DNA of 64,000 nucleotides from Acidimicrobiia bacterium (GTDB lineage Bacteria > Actinomycetota > Acidimicrobiia > Spongiisociales > ZC4RG35): the NCBI GenBank assembly GCA_965215185.1, contig OZ244034.1:2400001-2464000 (forward strand). The letters are read 5' to 3'. Shown piece after piece: positions 1 through 10,468 of this stretch. A model generated the notes under the pieces. It did not search any database. It saw nothing but the letters and a program-made list of their open reading frames with translations, and was not told the origin of the DNA. The translations under genes and the position numbers were made by a program. How positions within the stretch are numbered: the first letter of the stretch is position 1; the number at the start of each line of letters is the position of its first letter.

Positions 1-285
1 CGGGGCGGGCGGCGTTTGTTCCAACGCCCTCACCATCCACACCGCCATCACCCACCGCTGTAGTGCCTCTTCAGGACAGAACGCATCCTCCCCGCACTCG
101 GTGCCCACGAATATCCCCCTACCGGCCAGCGCGTCGATCGCCGGAGCGTGAACACTGCCATTGTCATCCCCGAAGGCCCCGGATCCTTGCGCTCCCACGG
201 GTCCCAACAGTCCCAGGACCAATCCCGCCACGCCCAGAAACACCAATGAGCCACGCAACCGAAACTTCTCCCTATCAGCAACCAT
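1..285 (-). CDS. SLH-domain secreted surface protein, N-terminal part (runs off window edge; not in ORF track)
   Basis: Manual translation from ATG at 285 (AGGAGG upstream): MVADREKFRLRGSLVFLGVAGLVLGLLGPVGAQ...AIDALAGRGIFVGTECGEDAFCPEEALQRWVMAVWMVRALEQ. Signal peptide plus SLH-like repeat; aligns with the gene starting at 2290. Confidence 0.85.
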   Translation of the reverse strand, partial: MVADREKFRLRGSLVFLGVAGLVLGLLGPVGAQGSGAFGDDNGSVHAPAIDALAGRGIFVGTECGEDAFCPEEALQRWVMAVWMVRALEQTPPAP

Positions 286-412
286 CACAGACAACCTCCT
301 CTTGGTCGGGCCGCCCGGGGCCGAGCGCCCAACCCACGTCCTGAGAAAACGCCCCCGCACGGGCTTGCCAGCACGCCACCCCACTTCAAGGTCCATCAGC
401 CGGGCAGCCCGG

Positions 413-2290
413 TTACTTGCCTATCGGCGACCATGTGACACCGAAGTCATCAAGGTCGTTGTCGGTGATCTGTCGAACGTTGGAACCGTCCGCGTCCATC
501 ACAAAAATCTGCCAGCTGCCCGCGCGATAGCTTTCGAAGGCGATATACGAACCATCGGGGGACCACACCGGGTACTCATCCTCAAAATCCGTGTTGGTAA
601 GTTGTCGAACGTTGGAGCCGTCCGCGTCCATCACAAAGATGTTTCTGTTGCCCTCGCGTTCGCTGTGGAAAACGATGCGGGTCCCGTCTGGAGACCACGA
701 CGCACCGCCGTCCGTCACATCATTGTCGGTTAGCAGCCTTTGGTTCAAGCCATCCGCGTCCACCACCGCCACTTCCGAATATCCCTCACTGGTACTTTCG
801 AAAACGATGCGGGAACCATCTGGGGACCACTTTGGATACTCGTTGTCGTGTTCATTGTCGGTGAGTAGCCGCAGGTTGGAACCGTCTGGGTCCATCACAA
901 AGACCTTCCAACCCGTGGGCTGCCGGCTCTCGAAAGCGATTAGCGAACCATCAGGAGACCATCTCGGCCCCCATTCGAAGGAATCGAAATTCGTCAGTTG
1001 CTGAACATTGGACCCGTCCGCATCCATCACATAAATGTCGCCGTCACCGTCGCGGGTACTCATGAAGACAATACGAGAACTATTGGGAGACCACGTTGGA
1101 CGTATGTCGTGGGACTCGTTGTCGGTTAGTTGCTGGAGATTGGCGCCGTCCGCATCCATCACAAACAGCTTCGCGTCGCCGTCACGGGTACTGGTGAAGA
1201 TCATCCGGCTACCGTCGGGCGACCACACCGGAAGGGAAATCCAGGGAGGCGGTGTCCGTGAGTTGCCGGCGATTCGAACCGTCAGCATCGATTGCAACCA
1301 CATCGTAGCGACGGTCGCGGTTGCTGGTGTAGGCGATCTGCGTTCCGTCAGGAGACCACACCGGATACTCGTCGTGGTGTCGGTCGTTGGTGACCGCCTG
1401 GCGGTTGGCGCCGTCCGCATCCATAACCACAATCTCCCCGTAGCCGTCCTCGTGACTCTCGAAAGCGATTCGGGTGCCGTCAGGAGACCACACCGGATCA
1501 GAATCCCTCACGTCGTTATCGGTAAGGCGGCGAGAACCATCCGCATCCATCACAAAGATCTCATCGTTTCCCTGGGCACTGGTGAACGCGAAGCGCCCAA
1601 CGGGCGCTGCAGGCAGAGGGGCAATGAGATCGAGAGCGCTGGCCAAGGAAACCGCAGAGACATTGGAACCATCCGCATTTCTCCCCGGGTCACCTCCGCG
1701 CCAGGACAAAACCGGAAACTCCCGGTCGGGCAGCCCTGCACAATACCTGCCGCAGCCGCCGCCCCGATGTTCTCCCGGCGCCTATTCCCCGCCACATCGA
1801 TGAACCCGACCACATCCACCGGCTCCAAACGCAAGGCGCGAGCCAGGAAGGTGGCCATCTGCCCGCGAGTGACCGGAGAGTTGGGACAGAACCGATCAGG
1901 TTCCGTCGCGCATCCCCTGGTCACTCCCAACTCCGCCAAGCGCTCAACATATGGCGCCCACCACTGTCCGGCGTCCACATCCTCAAATCGAGAGGTTTCC
2001 ACTGGGGCAGATGGCCCTCCCTCCAGGGCTCGGACAAGCCACACTGCAGCTACCCACCGTTCAATCATCTACTCCAGACAATCCGACTCCCCCTTACAGT
2101 CAGTGTCATCCAAAATGCCTAGCACCGCCAGTGCATTGATCGCTGTGTCTTGACGTGCCTGTTCAGCATCACCTTCTGCGTCTGCTACCACTGGACCGAA
2201 CATGCCTGACAACAGCCCCACCACCCCTAGGACCACCAGCGAACCACGATACCGCCACCGTACTCTTCCCAACAGGTGACCGCCCACCAC
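413..2290 (-). pseudogene. Disrupted SLH + PD40/TolB-like beta-propeller surface protein
   Basis: Four consecutive ORF pieces: 2069-2290 signal peptide, 1550-2068 SLH motifs (FEDVD...TRGQMATFLARA), 1209-1709 and 413-1432 WSPDG/DADGSN repeats. In-frame TAG at 2069-2071 and frameshifts near 1660-1680 and 1235. Confidence 0.85.
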
Positions 2291-2523
2291 AGACTCCTAT
2301 TTCAATAGACACAAAATCGCGGCTAACAAGGCAATACACCACGGTTGCCGTGCGCCCATAGCAAAATGCTATTTCCGCACGCTCCCAGGACAAGGCGCCG
2401 TTTGAACGCCTACCTGTTAGGTGCCGCCTCCAGATAGCGAAGGGAGTCGAAATAGTTCTGGCGGTAGAGGTCCCCTACAAACCCGGATTCTCGTCCAACT
2501 ATCCGTCATATCCTCTGGATGAA

Positions 2524-3255
2524 ATGGTTTATCACGTGGTATGGGACTGGAACGGGACTCTTTGGGACGATCTTCCCCAGGTGCATCTGGCCACCAACGA
2601 TGCTCTCCAGTTGGTCGGCGCCGGCCCGCTTGATCTCCCCGAATACGTCAAATTGTTCACCCGGCCCCTCCCTATGTTCTACCGGCGGGCCCTCGGGCGG
2701 GATCTCACCCCATCGGAGTGGGAGCAGGTAAGTAACCGCTTTCTTGTTTCTTACGAAAGCAGTCTCCACCTCGCCCAGCTTGCCACCGAAGCCATCCCGG
2801 CCCTGGAGATGGTGGCCCATAACGGCGCCACCCAGTCGATTCTCTCACTGTATCCCCACGACTCCTTGAACACCCTGGTCGCAGAGCTTGAAATTGCCCA
2901 TTATTTCACTCGCGTCGACGGCCTGCGGGGATCTCCGGACCGAAGCAAGGTCGGCATGTTTCCTGATCACCTCCAAGAGGCGGCAAAAGGAATTCCACCG
3001 CACCGGGTAGTCATGATCGGAGACACCGATGATGATTTGACCGCCGCCCAGGCGGCCGGGAGCGCCGGGATTCTCATCAACCATCACGGATATCACCCTC
3101 TCGGGGATGCCTCACTTGATAGTTATTTCGCAGGAGGGCTGTTGCAAGCCCTGACCAGAGCAGGTTTACTTCTCCCAGAGGCTCCGAACGCGGTCTCTCC
3201 CGATAAGGACCGTCATCAGATGTTGCACAAATCCCTGGCCGCCCCGCTTAAATAG
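2524..3255 (+). CDS. HAD-superfamily hydrolase (phosphoglycolate phosphatase-like)
   Basis: Motif I DWNGTL, motif IV MIGDTDDD. Confidence 0.85.
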   Translation: MVYHVVWDWNGTLWDDLPQVHLATNDALQLVGAGPLDLPEYVKLFTRPLPMFYRRALGRDLTPSEWEQVSNRFLVSYESSLHLAQLATEAIPALEMVAHNGATQSILSLYPHDSLNTLVAELEIAHYFTRVDGLRGSPDRSKVGMFPDHLQEAAKGIPPHRVVMIGDTDDDLTAAQAAGSAGILINHHGYHPLGDASLDSYFAGGLLQALTRAGLLLPEAPNAVSPDKDRHQMLHKSLAAPLK

Positions 3256-3284
3256 AAAAGCACCACCCGATCATCTTGGGAGCA

Positions 3285-4130
3285 ATGGATTACCAGAGTA
3301 TTCGCTACGAAGTCTCCAGCCGGATAGCCACCATCACCCTCAACCGTCCCGAACGGCTCAACGCCATCGACATGCAGATGCCGGGCGAGATCCGGGCGGC
3401 CGTGGAAGCGGCCGATGCCGACCCACAGGTTCATGTGGTGATCCTGACCGGAGCGGGCCGGGCCTTCTGCGCAGGATATGACCTGAAAGAGTTCGCCGAG
3501 CAGGCCGACGAGCCCCACACCCAGGAAATGCCTTGGGATCCCACCGTGGACTATCGGATGATGAGCCGCAACACCCGGGACTTCATGTCACTGTGGCGCT
3601 GCACCAAGCCCACCATCGCCAAGGTTCGAGGATACGCGGTGGCGGGAGGATCGGATATCGCACTGGCCTGCGACCTGGTGGTAATGGCTGAGAACGCCAA
3701 GATCGGATACCCGCCCGCCCGCGTGTGGGGCGTCCCCACCACCGCCATGTGGGTCTACCGGGTAGGCGCCGAACAAGCCAAACGGATGCTGTTGACCGGC
3801 GACCTGATCGACGGAGTGGAAGCCAGACGCATCGGTTTGGTGATGGACACCGTCCCCGAAAACCAACTCGACGCCCGGGTAGCGGAGTTGGCCGACCGGA
3901 TCAAAGGCATTCCCCGCAATCAGTTGATGATGAACAAGATGATGATCAACCAGGTGCTGGACAACATGGGACTGGCCGGAACCCAGATGCTCGCCACCCT
4001 GTTCGACGGAATTGCCCGCCATTCGCCCGAGGGCCTCTGGTTCAAGCAGCGAGCCGAACAGGTTGGGTTTGCCCAAGCGGTGCGTGAACGAGACTCCGGC
4101 CACCCCATTGCGCCTGACGTCGCCCGCTGA
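3285..4130 (+). CDS. Enoyl-CoA hydratase/isomerase (crotonase) family protein
   Basis: LNRPERLNA, FCAGYDL, AVAGGSDIALACD motifs. Confidence 0.92.
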   Translation: MDYQSIRYEVSSRIATITLNRPERLNAIDMQMPGEIRAAVEAADADPQVHVVILTGAGRAFCAGYDLKEFAEQADEPHTQEMPWDPTVDYRMMSRNTRDFMSLWRCTKPTIAKVRGYAVAGGSDIALACDLVVMAENAKIGYPPARVWGVPTTAMWVYRVGAEQAKRMLLTGDLIDGVEARRIGLVMDTVPENQLDARVAELADRIKGIPRNQLMMNKMMINQVLDNMGLAGTQMLATLFDGIARHSPEGLWFKQRAEQVGFAQAVRERDSGHPIAPDVAR

Positions 4131-4225
4131 CCTCAATGCTCACAGCCAGCACTGGACATTTGACCCTTCCTCAAACCATCTCTCTTCTCTGGTTGGCCCG
4201 GACCTCAACTCCTGTCTGATCGTGT

Positions 4226-5197
4226 CTATTGTCCTTCCAACCGAGCCAAGTTGTGGTAGGTCTGGATGTAGCGGATGGTCCCGGTGCTGGCTCGCATGGT
4301 GACGCTATGAGTGATGGCCTGTTCGTGACCGAACGCCACGCCCCGTAAGAACTCACCGGTGGTCACCCCAGTGGCGGCCAGATAGGCTTCGCCTCCTCCC
4401 ACCAGATCGGCGGTGGTCATCACTTGATCGAGGTCCTGATCATGTTCTCTCGCATATTGGCGCTGCTGTTCCGTGCCCGCCCATAGACGCGTTTGGATCT
4501 CTCCCCCCATGCATCTCATCGCAGCGGCTGCTATCACAGCCTCCGGCGATCCTCCGATACCCACCAGCAGATCGATTCCCGTCTCAGGCTGAGCCGTGGC
4601 GATCGCCGCAGAGACGTCACCGTCACCGATTAGCCGGATCCGCGCTCCCACTGCGCGGACCTCCCTCATGTAATCCTGGTTGCGGGAACGGTCCAACATG
4701 ATCACCGTCAACTGGTCGAGGTCCAGGCCCTTTGCCTTGGCCACCTGGCGGAGATTGTGGCTCACCGGGGCCTCCAAATCGATCACTCCCACGGCCTCCG
4801 GGCCCACCACCAACTTGTCCATGTAGACCAGACCCCCGGGTGAGAACATGGTCCCCCGCTCAGATAAGGCGATGACCGACAGAGCTCCCGGGCCCCCACG
4901 AGCGGTCAGGGCGGTGCCGTCCACCGGATCGACGGCTATGTCGACCCGGGCGCCTCGTCCGCTCCCCACTCGTTCCCCGTTGTGAAGCATGGGAGCGTGG
5001 TCCTTTTCCCCCTCTCCGATCACCACCACTCCGTCCAGATCGATGGTGCCCAGATGTTCGCGCATCCCATCCACCGCCGCCTGGTCAACGGCCTCTTTGT
5101 TGGCTCTCCCCTGCCAATGGGCAGCAGCGATTGCCGCCCGCTCCGTTACTTTGGCCAAATCGAAGGTGTAACTGTGACCGGAGACCGAGGCCATCAC
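4226..5197 (-). CDS. glpX: Class II fructose-1,6-bisphosphatase
   Basis: VVIGEGEKDHAPML, DIAVDPVDGT, YMDKL, DGDV motifs. Confidence 0.95.
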   Translation of the reverse strand: MMASVSGHSYTFDLAKVTERAAIAAAHWQGRANKEAVDQAAVDGMREHLGTIDLDGVVVIGEGEKDHAPMLHNGERVGSGRGARVDIAVDPVDGTALTARGGPGALSVIALSERGTMFSPGGLVYMDKLVVGPEAVGVIDLEAPVSHNLRQVAKAKGLDLDQLTVIMLDRSRNQDYMREVRAVGARIRLIGDGDVSAAIATAQPETGIDLLVGIGGSPEAVIAAAAMRCMGGEIQTRLWAGTEQQRQYAREHDQDLDQVMTTADLVGGGEAYLAATGVTTGEFLRGVAFGHEQAITHSVTMRASTGTIRYIQTYHNLARLEGQ

Positions 5198-6384
5198 TCC
5201 ACCCTTATAACCAATGCATCACCCTGGCCGCCGCCGCCGCACAGGGTCGCCGCTCCGTAACCACCGCCGGCCTCTCGCAACGCATTGACCAGAGTGACCA
5301 CCAGGCGGGCGCCGGTGGCGCCGATGGGATGCCCCAAGGCTACGGCCCCCCCGTATACATTGACTTTCTCAAATGGGATTCCCAGAACTTGGGCCGACCA
5401 CAAAGAAACCGCGGCGAATGCCTCGTTGATTTCAACCATGGCCAGATCGGATGGAGCTAGGTCAGCCCGTTTGAGCGCCACCGCCAAAGCGTCGGCCGGC
5501 CGCTCATGAAGCGTGGCGTCAGGTCCCGCCGACTGGCCATAGGAAAGTATCTCCGCCAGGATCGGGACGCCGATGGCCTCGGCTGCCGAGCGACTTGCCA
5601 CCACCAACGCCGCCGCTCCGTCCGAGATCTGCGACGAGTTCCCAGCTGTCAGCGTTCCCTCGGAAGTAAAGGCACTGCGCAGTCCTGCTAGCTTGTCGGC
5701 GGTGATTCCGGGGCGGATGCCTTCATCGGCTGCCATGGTCACCGGGTTGCCGCGGTGTTGGGGGACCTCCACCGCAACGACCTCCCGGGAAAAGTGGCCC
5801 TCATCAGTGGCGTGGGCGGCCCGGCGATGACTCTCTGCGGACCATTCGTCCTGCTGAGCGCGAGTGAGGCCCAATTTGGTGTTGACCCCATCCGACATCT
5901 CGCCCATAGTGCACTTGTTGAAAGCACAGAACAGACCGTCGTGAGTCATGACATCCACCAACGCCGCGTCTCCCATCCGCCGCCCGGAGCGCAGACCTCG
6001 CAGCATGTGGGGTGCATTGCTCATCGACTCCATTCCTCCCGCCACCACGAAGTTCGCCTCGCCCAAACGAATGGACTGGGACGCCAAGTTCAAGGCAACC
6101 AGACCCGAAATACACACCTTGTTGACGTTCAAGGCGGGAACCGTCATGGGCAGACCGGCTCTGATCGCCGCCTGGCGGGCCGTGATTTGACCCTCTCCTC
6201 CCACCAGAACGTGACCGAAAACCACTTCGTCTACATCGCCCGGGGAAACGCCGGAACGCGCCAAGGCTGCCGCGATGGCCCGTCCTCCCAGATCAACAGC
6301 CCGCAGCGGCGCCAGACCTCCCAGGTACCGACCGATGGGCGTACGGGCGATAGAACAAATGACGGGATTGGCAAGACTCATCAT
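5194..6384 (-). CDS. Acetyl-CoA C-acyltransferase (thiolase)
   Basis: NKVCISG, GGMESMS, NEAF, GHPIGATG, LCGGGG motifs. Confidence 0.95.
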   Translation of the reverse strand: MMSLANPVICSIARTPIGRYLGGLAPLRAVDLGGRAIAAALARSGVSPGDVDEVVFGHVLVGGEGQITARQAAIRAGLPMTVPALNVNKVCISGLVALNLASQSIRLGEANFVVAGGMESMSNAPHMLRGLRSGRRMGDAALVDVMTHDGLFCAFNKCTMGEMSDGVNTKLGLTRAQQDEWSAESHRRAAHATDEGHFSREVVAVEVPQHRGNPVTMAADEGIRPGITADKLAGLRSAFTSEGTLTAGNSSQISDGAAALVVASRSAAEAIGVPILAEILSYGQSAGPDATLHERPADALAVALKRADLAPSDLAMVEINEAFAAVSLWSAQVLGIPFEKVNVYGGAVALGHPIGATGARLVVTLVNALREAGGGYGAATLCGGGGQGDALVIRVE

Positions 6385-6487
6385 CTACAGGGAGGGTAGT
6401 TGAGTGCTCGGGCAGCCTTTTTCGATTGTTGCCCTTTGCCCGTAACCTGAGGGTGTTTTGTAGTGTCTAAAGGCCGGACAGCGGGTA

Positions 6488-6901
6488 TTGCTTATCAAAC
6501 TCTTGAACCTTGATCACGTCGGCATAGCCGTGCATAACCTTGACCACGCCTTGGGCGAGTACCGGACCAAATACGGGATCACCCCCTTGTATCGGGAGAC
6601 GGTCGCCTCGCAGGGAGTGGAGGAGGCGATGCTTCCTTTGGGCGGATCATTCATCCAATTGCTCCAGCCGCTCGGACCCGACACTCCGGTGGGCCGGTTC
6701 CTGGCCAGGAATGGAGAAGGAGTTCACCACCTGGCAATGGCGGTGGCCGACATCGAGGTGGCCTTGGAACATCTGAAGTCCCAAGGAGCAAGACTGGTCG
6801 ATTCCAAGCCTCGTCAGGGCGGCGGAGGTAACCGGATCGCTTTCGTTCATCCCCGCGATTTGGCGGGGACGCTGATCGAATTGGTGGAGCCATCCCAATG
6901 A
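6488..6901 (+). CDS. mce: Methylmalonyl-CoA epimerase
   Basis: DHVGIAV, GEGVHHLA, AFVHPR...GTLIELVE (VOC fold). Confidence 0.9.
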   Translation: MLIKLLNLDHVGIAVHNLDHALGEYRTKYGITPLYRETVASQGVEEAMLPLGGSFIQLLQPLGPDTPVGRFLARNGEGVHHLAMAVADIEVALEHLKSQGARLVDSKPRQGGGGNRIAFVHPRDLAGTLIELVEPSQ

Positions 6902-7173
6902 TTGACAGGTTCGAGATAAAAGGCGGGGCCGGTGAATACGAGGCGGCAGTGCTGGCGGCGGTGTTAGAGCAGGTTCGGAGACGAAAGCAGGCAGCCCGGG
7001 CTCGTCGCCCTCACGCTTCCAAGCAACTGTCCGCCTGGATGCGAGCCGGGCGACTTACTCCCGCCGATCTTATGCCGCGCCCCGACCCAGGCCTCAACGG
7101 CAACACGGCTCCCACCAGACCACCCGAACAACCCTGGCTGAAAACTTCTGCTCGACCAGGGGCATTCGGCTGA
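6898..7173 (+). CDS. Small protein resembling acyl-CoA carboxylase epsilon subunit
   Basis: ATGA-coupled to mce; pattern EIKGG...EAAVLAAVL...SAWMRAGR. Confidence 0.5.
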   Translation: MIDRFEIKGGAGEYEAAVLAAVLEQVRRRKQAARARRPHASKQLSAWMRAGRLTPADLMPRPDPGLNGNTAPTRPPEQPWLKTSARPGAFG

Positions 7174-7323
7174 ATCACTGTTTAGCGCGATACGCCCAAG
7201 TCAGTGCCCGGGGATGGGCTGTAAGGTAGTGAGCAGGTAAACTTTGCCGTGGCAAACCTTCCGGTGCAGCAAGGCCGCAAAGAACGCTGGTGGGACTTTA
7301 CAACTAAGGGAAGGAACAGCTTC

Positions 7324-7974
7324 ATGCTGAGATTCGCAGAGGAAATCATCCTGCTCCTGCTTCGTGATCATGATGGAAGGTTCGTGCGCGTGCCCAACTG
7401 GTCGCTCGAGTACGGCATCGCGGGCGGGGTGCTGATGGACCTGGCAATGGAGAACCGGATCGATACCGACCTTGAGAATTTGGTTTTGATCGACTCCACG
7501 CCGGTTGGCGACAGCCTGCTGGACCCAACGTTGGCCGAGATAGCCGCAGAAGGGATGAAACCTACCCGGTACTGGGTGGAACGAACCGTGGAACACGCCC
7601 GCGCTCTCCACGAGGAGGCCTTATCGAGGCTGGTGGAACGCGGCATCCTGGAGCGCCAGGAAAAACGTGTTCTGTGGGCATTTCGGTCCCGCCGCTATCC
7701 GACTGTGGACGGCAAGGCGGAGCGGGAGGTGAAGCTGCGCATCATGGAGGTCCTTTTCGGCCAAGAGATCCCCGACCCCCGCGACGTAATGCTCATCTGC
7801 CTGGTAGATGGGTGCGGCATTTTCAGCGAACTGCTCTCCAAGCACGAACTTAGCAATGCGGCTGACCGCATCGCTCAGGTCCGCCAGATGGACCTCATCG
7901 GCCAGGCCACCTCGCAGGCAATCCGTGACATCGAATTGTCGATCGCCGTGTCGGTTCAGCCCCACATGTACTAA
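7324..7974 (+). CDS. GPP34/GOLPH3 family protein
   Basis: LRFAEEIILLLL, AGGVLMDLAMENRI, GDSLLD, LVERGIL, RRYP; GAAGGA upstream of ATG 7324. Confidence 0.85.
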   Translation: MLRFAEEIILLLLRDHDGRFVRVPNWSLEYGIAGGVLMDLAMENRIDTDLENLVLIDSTPVGDSLLDPTLAEIAAEGMKPTRYWVERTVEHARALHEEALSRLVERGILERQEKRVLWAFRSRRYPTVDGKAEREVKLRIMEVLFGQEIPDPRDVMLICLVDGCGIFSELLSKHELSNAADRIAQVRQMDLIGQATSQAIRDIELSIAVSVQPHMY

Positions 7975-8005
7975 CCGGTACGAAGGCGCGCCGATCTCAC
8001 AGCAA

Positions 8006-9604
8006 TCACGCCTCTTCTGAAGAGTGTCGGCCGAAGTTTCGGAGCCATCCGGCCCACAGTGATTTAACTTCCCTGCTTCCCATCATCCGGGCTGCACCCG
8101 CGAAAACCAGGGCGACCGTTGCTCCTCCCACCACGAAGGCGCCCAGCGCCTCGGCGACTTCCCAGGTCCCTTCTTCGGAGAACCATCGGGCAACTAGCCA
8201 GCCGGCCCCGGCTGCCGCCGCCCCGGCCACTATGGAACGAGCCATTCCCAAGACCAAGCGCCTCCCCTCCAACCCTCGGCCTCGCAACCAAAAGAAAGTG
8301 AGGGCCGTCGTATAGGCGGCCATGGACGCAACACTGGCCCAAACCAGCCCGTGGGTGTCCCAAGCCGAAACCAGCGCCAAGGAGAGCGGGACTGCCGCCG
8401 CGGCAGCCAGGGTGCCGATCACCACCGGTGGCCACATCCTTCGCTCTGCGTAGAACGAACGGGAGATCACCTGATGAAGACCCCAGGCGGGAATAGCCAG
8501 CGCGTAGACAGCCAACAGTTGTGCGACCATCGTCGAATCCGCGGCACTAAAAGCCCCCCATTGAAAGACCAGCCTCACCCCGGGACCCCCTACCGCCAGC
8601 ACCGCAGCCGCCGCGCCGGTCCCCAAGAATAGGGTCATCCGGGCGGTTCGCAAGGTCGTCTCGGTCAGTTCTGAGTGGCGACCCGAAGCCGCCAGGGAGG
8701 CCAAGAAGGGAAAAGCCGCCACTCCGGCGGCCTGGGCCACCATTCCCACTGGGACCATGTTCAGTACTCGCGCGAAAGAAAGGGCCGAAATCCCACCTTC
8801 TCCAGCCAGTTGGCCGAAAAACCGGACGAACTGCTCATCGAGAACCGCCACCGACTGGCCGACCATCAGCGGAATGGCCAGCGCCAAATAGGTTCGGACC
8901 GCTGGATGCTTCCACGCCACCCCCCTTACCAACCGCAGACCCACGCGGCGGGCGCCCCACCACTGGATGGAGAAGTTTCCGATCACCGCACCCGCCAGCG
9001 CTCCCCAAACGAATCCATCGGCGGGAGGCGGATCGGTTAGGAGTCCACCCGCCAGTCCTCCCACGATTATGGACAGGTTGTAGACAATGGGGGCGGTGAC
9101 CGGAACCAGGAAGCGGCGATGAACATATTGGTAGCCCATCAGCAGGGACCCCCCCACGAAGAACACTTGGGCGGGTAGGGCAATCCGAGTGAGTCTGATC
9201 ACCTCTTCGAGTTGGGCGGGGGACAGCTGCGGATAGATCAGGCCCATGAGCGGTTCCGTCCAGATCATTAGCCCCACAGTGAGCAGAGCGGTCAGGCCGG
9301 TCACCACTCTGAAGACCGCCACGAACGCCTGGTTGCCTCCGTGGGGATCGCTCGCCTGCAGGCGGGAAGCCAGGATCGGCACGAAGGTGATGGTCAGATA
9401 GCCCCCAGCCAAGAGATAGTTGAGAAGATCGGGAACCAAGAAGGCGGCCCGGTAGACGTCTCCCACCGCATTGACTCCGATGAAAGCGGCCAACATCGTC
9501 TCTCGCGCCAATCCCAGCACCCGGGACAGCAACACCCCGCCCGACACCACCAGGGCGGCGGCGCCCATCCCCATAGCCCTGCCCTTTATGATCGCCCTGG
9601 CCAA
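8006..9604 (-). CDS. murJ: Lipid II flippase MurJ/MviN (start may be ~9574)
   Basis: LSRVLGLARE, AAFLVPD, many TM helices, RSFYA. Confidence 0.9.
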   Translation of the reverse strand: MARAIIKGRAMGMGAAALVVSGGVLLSRVLGLARETMLAAFIGVNAVGDVYRAAFLVPDLLNYLLAGGYLTITFVPILASRLQASDPHGGNQAFVAVFRVVTGLTALLTVGLMIWTEPLMGLIYPQLSPAQLEEVIRLTRIALPAQVFFVGGSLLMGYQYVHRRFLVPVTAPIVYNLSIIVGGLAGGLLTDPPPADGFVWGALAGAVIGNFSIQWWGARRVGLRLVRGVAWKHPAVRTYLALAIPLMVGQSVAVLDEQFVRFFGQLAGEGGISALSFARVLNMVPVGMVAQAAGVAAFPFLASLAASGRHSELTETTLRTARMTLFLGTGAAAAVLAVGGPGVRLVFQWGAFSAADSTMVAQLLAVYALAIPAWGLHQVISRSFYAERRMWPPVVIGTLAAAAAVPLSLALVSAWDTHGLVWASVASMAAYTTALTFFWLRGRGLEGRRLVLGMARSIVAGAAAAGAGWLVARWFSEEGTWEVAEALGAFVVGGATVALVFAGAARMMGSREVKSLWAGWLRNFGRHSSEEA

Positions 9605-10455
9605 CTGGCAACCGACCGCAAGGCTGCCGCCCTGCGCAGTTCGGTCAGCGCTTCATCGGGGACCACCAGGTCGCCCCGACCCACTCCCAGCCTTGTGTCT
9701 GCTTTGAAGCTCCCGTGATAGTCGGAACCTCCGGTGGGTATCAGCCCATGGCGTCTCGCCAAGCAGGCCAATGATCGACGAGTGGGCGGCCCATACGTTC
9801 CGTAGTAGGCCTCCATCCCATCCAGCCCCTGCTCGGTCAGTTCCGAAAGCAACGCCGAAAGTGCCCCACCCTCCACTCCCAGGGTGAGCGGATGAGCCAA
9901 GACCGCGACTCCACCCACAGCGTGAGCCAACCCGATTGCCTCGGCCGAGGAAAGACGGTACCTCTCCACATAAGCGGGACACCCCCTGCCCAGGTATCGG
10001 GAAAAGGCCTCTGGAATGTCGGTGACATAACCCTTCCTCACCAAGAGGGCCGCGAAGTGAGGTCTTCCGACAGTTCCCTTTCCACCCTCGCGTTTCACTT
10101 CACCAACAGATATATTGACGCCTTGGCCACGGAGACGCTCCACAATCTCCAAATTGCGAAGGTCCCTGCCTTGCCGAACCTGCTCCAGTTGGGAGGAGAG
10201 CAACTCGCGGTCTCGGATCATCAAAACCAACAGATGCATACCGCCCCTATTCCACTGCAGAGAAAGCTCCACTCCTGCGACCAGTTCTATGCCGGTGGCG
10301 GCAGCCGCCTCCTCGGCCTCCTGCAACCCCTCGGTGGTGTCGTGATCGGTGATGGCCACCGCCGACAATCCCAGTGCGGTGGCCGACACTATCAGTTCCG
10401 TTGGCGAGTCGGATCCGTCCGAGGCGGTGGTGTGGGTATGCAGGTCGACCCCCAT
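9586..10455 (-). CDS. PHP-domain phosphoesterase (TrpH/YciV-like)
   Basis: DLHTHTTASDG, AITDHD, GRPH, LAHP, TGGSDYHG. Confidence 0.92.
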   Translation of the reverse strand: MGVDLHTHTTASDGSDSPTELIVSATALGLSAVAITDHDTTEGLQEAEEAAAATGIELVAGVELSLQWNRGGMHLLVLMIRDRELLSSQLEQVRQGRDLRNLEIVERLRGQGVNISVGEVKREGGKGTVGRPHFAALLVRKGYVTDIPEAFSRYLGRGCPAYVERYRLSSAEAIGLAHAVGGVAVLAHPLTLGVEGGALSALLSELTEQGLDGMEAYYGTYGPPTRRSLACLARRHGLIPTGGSDYHGSFKADTRLGVGRGDLVVPDEALTELRRAAALRSVASWPGRS

Positions 10456-10468
10456 CAGCGGGGCCTGA

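Noticed and set aside
2069-2071. Recoded stop (Sec/Pyl) suggested by nearby selA/selB
   Set aside because: The codon is TAG, aligns with Glu in the paralog, and the gene has further frameshifts. No in-frame TGA selenoprotein was recognised in the window.
7324-7974. GOLPH3-like gene as a eukaryotic acquisition
   Set aside because: GPP34-family proteins are common in Actinobacteria.
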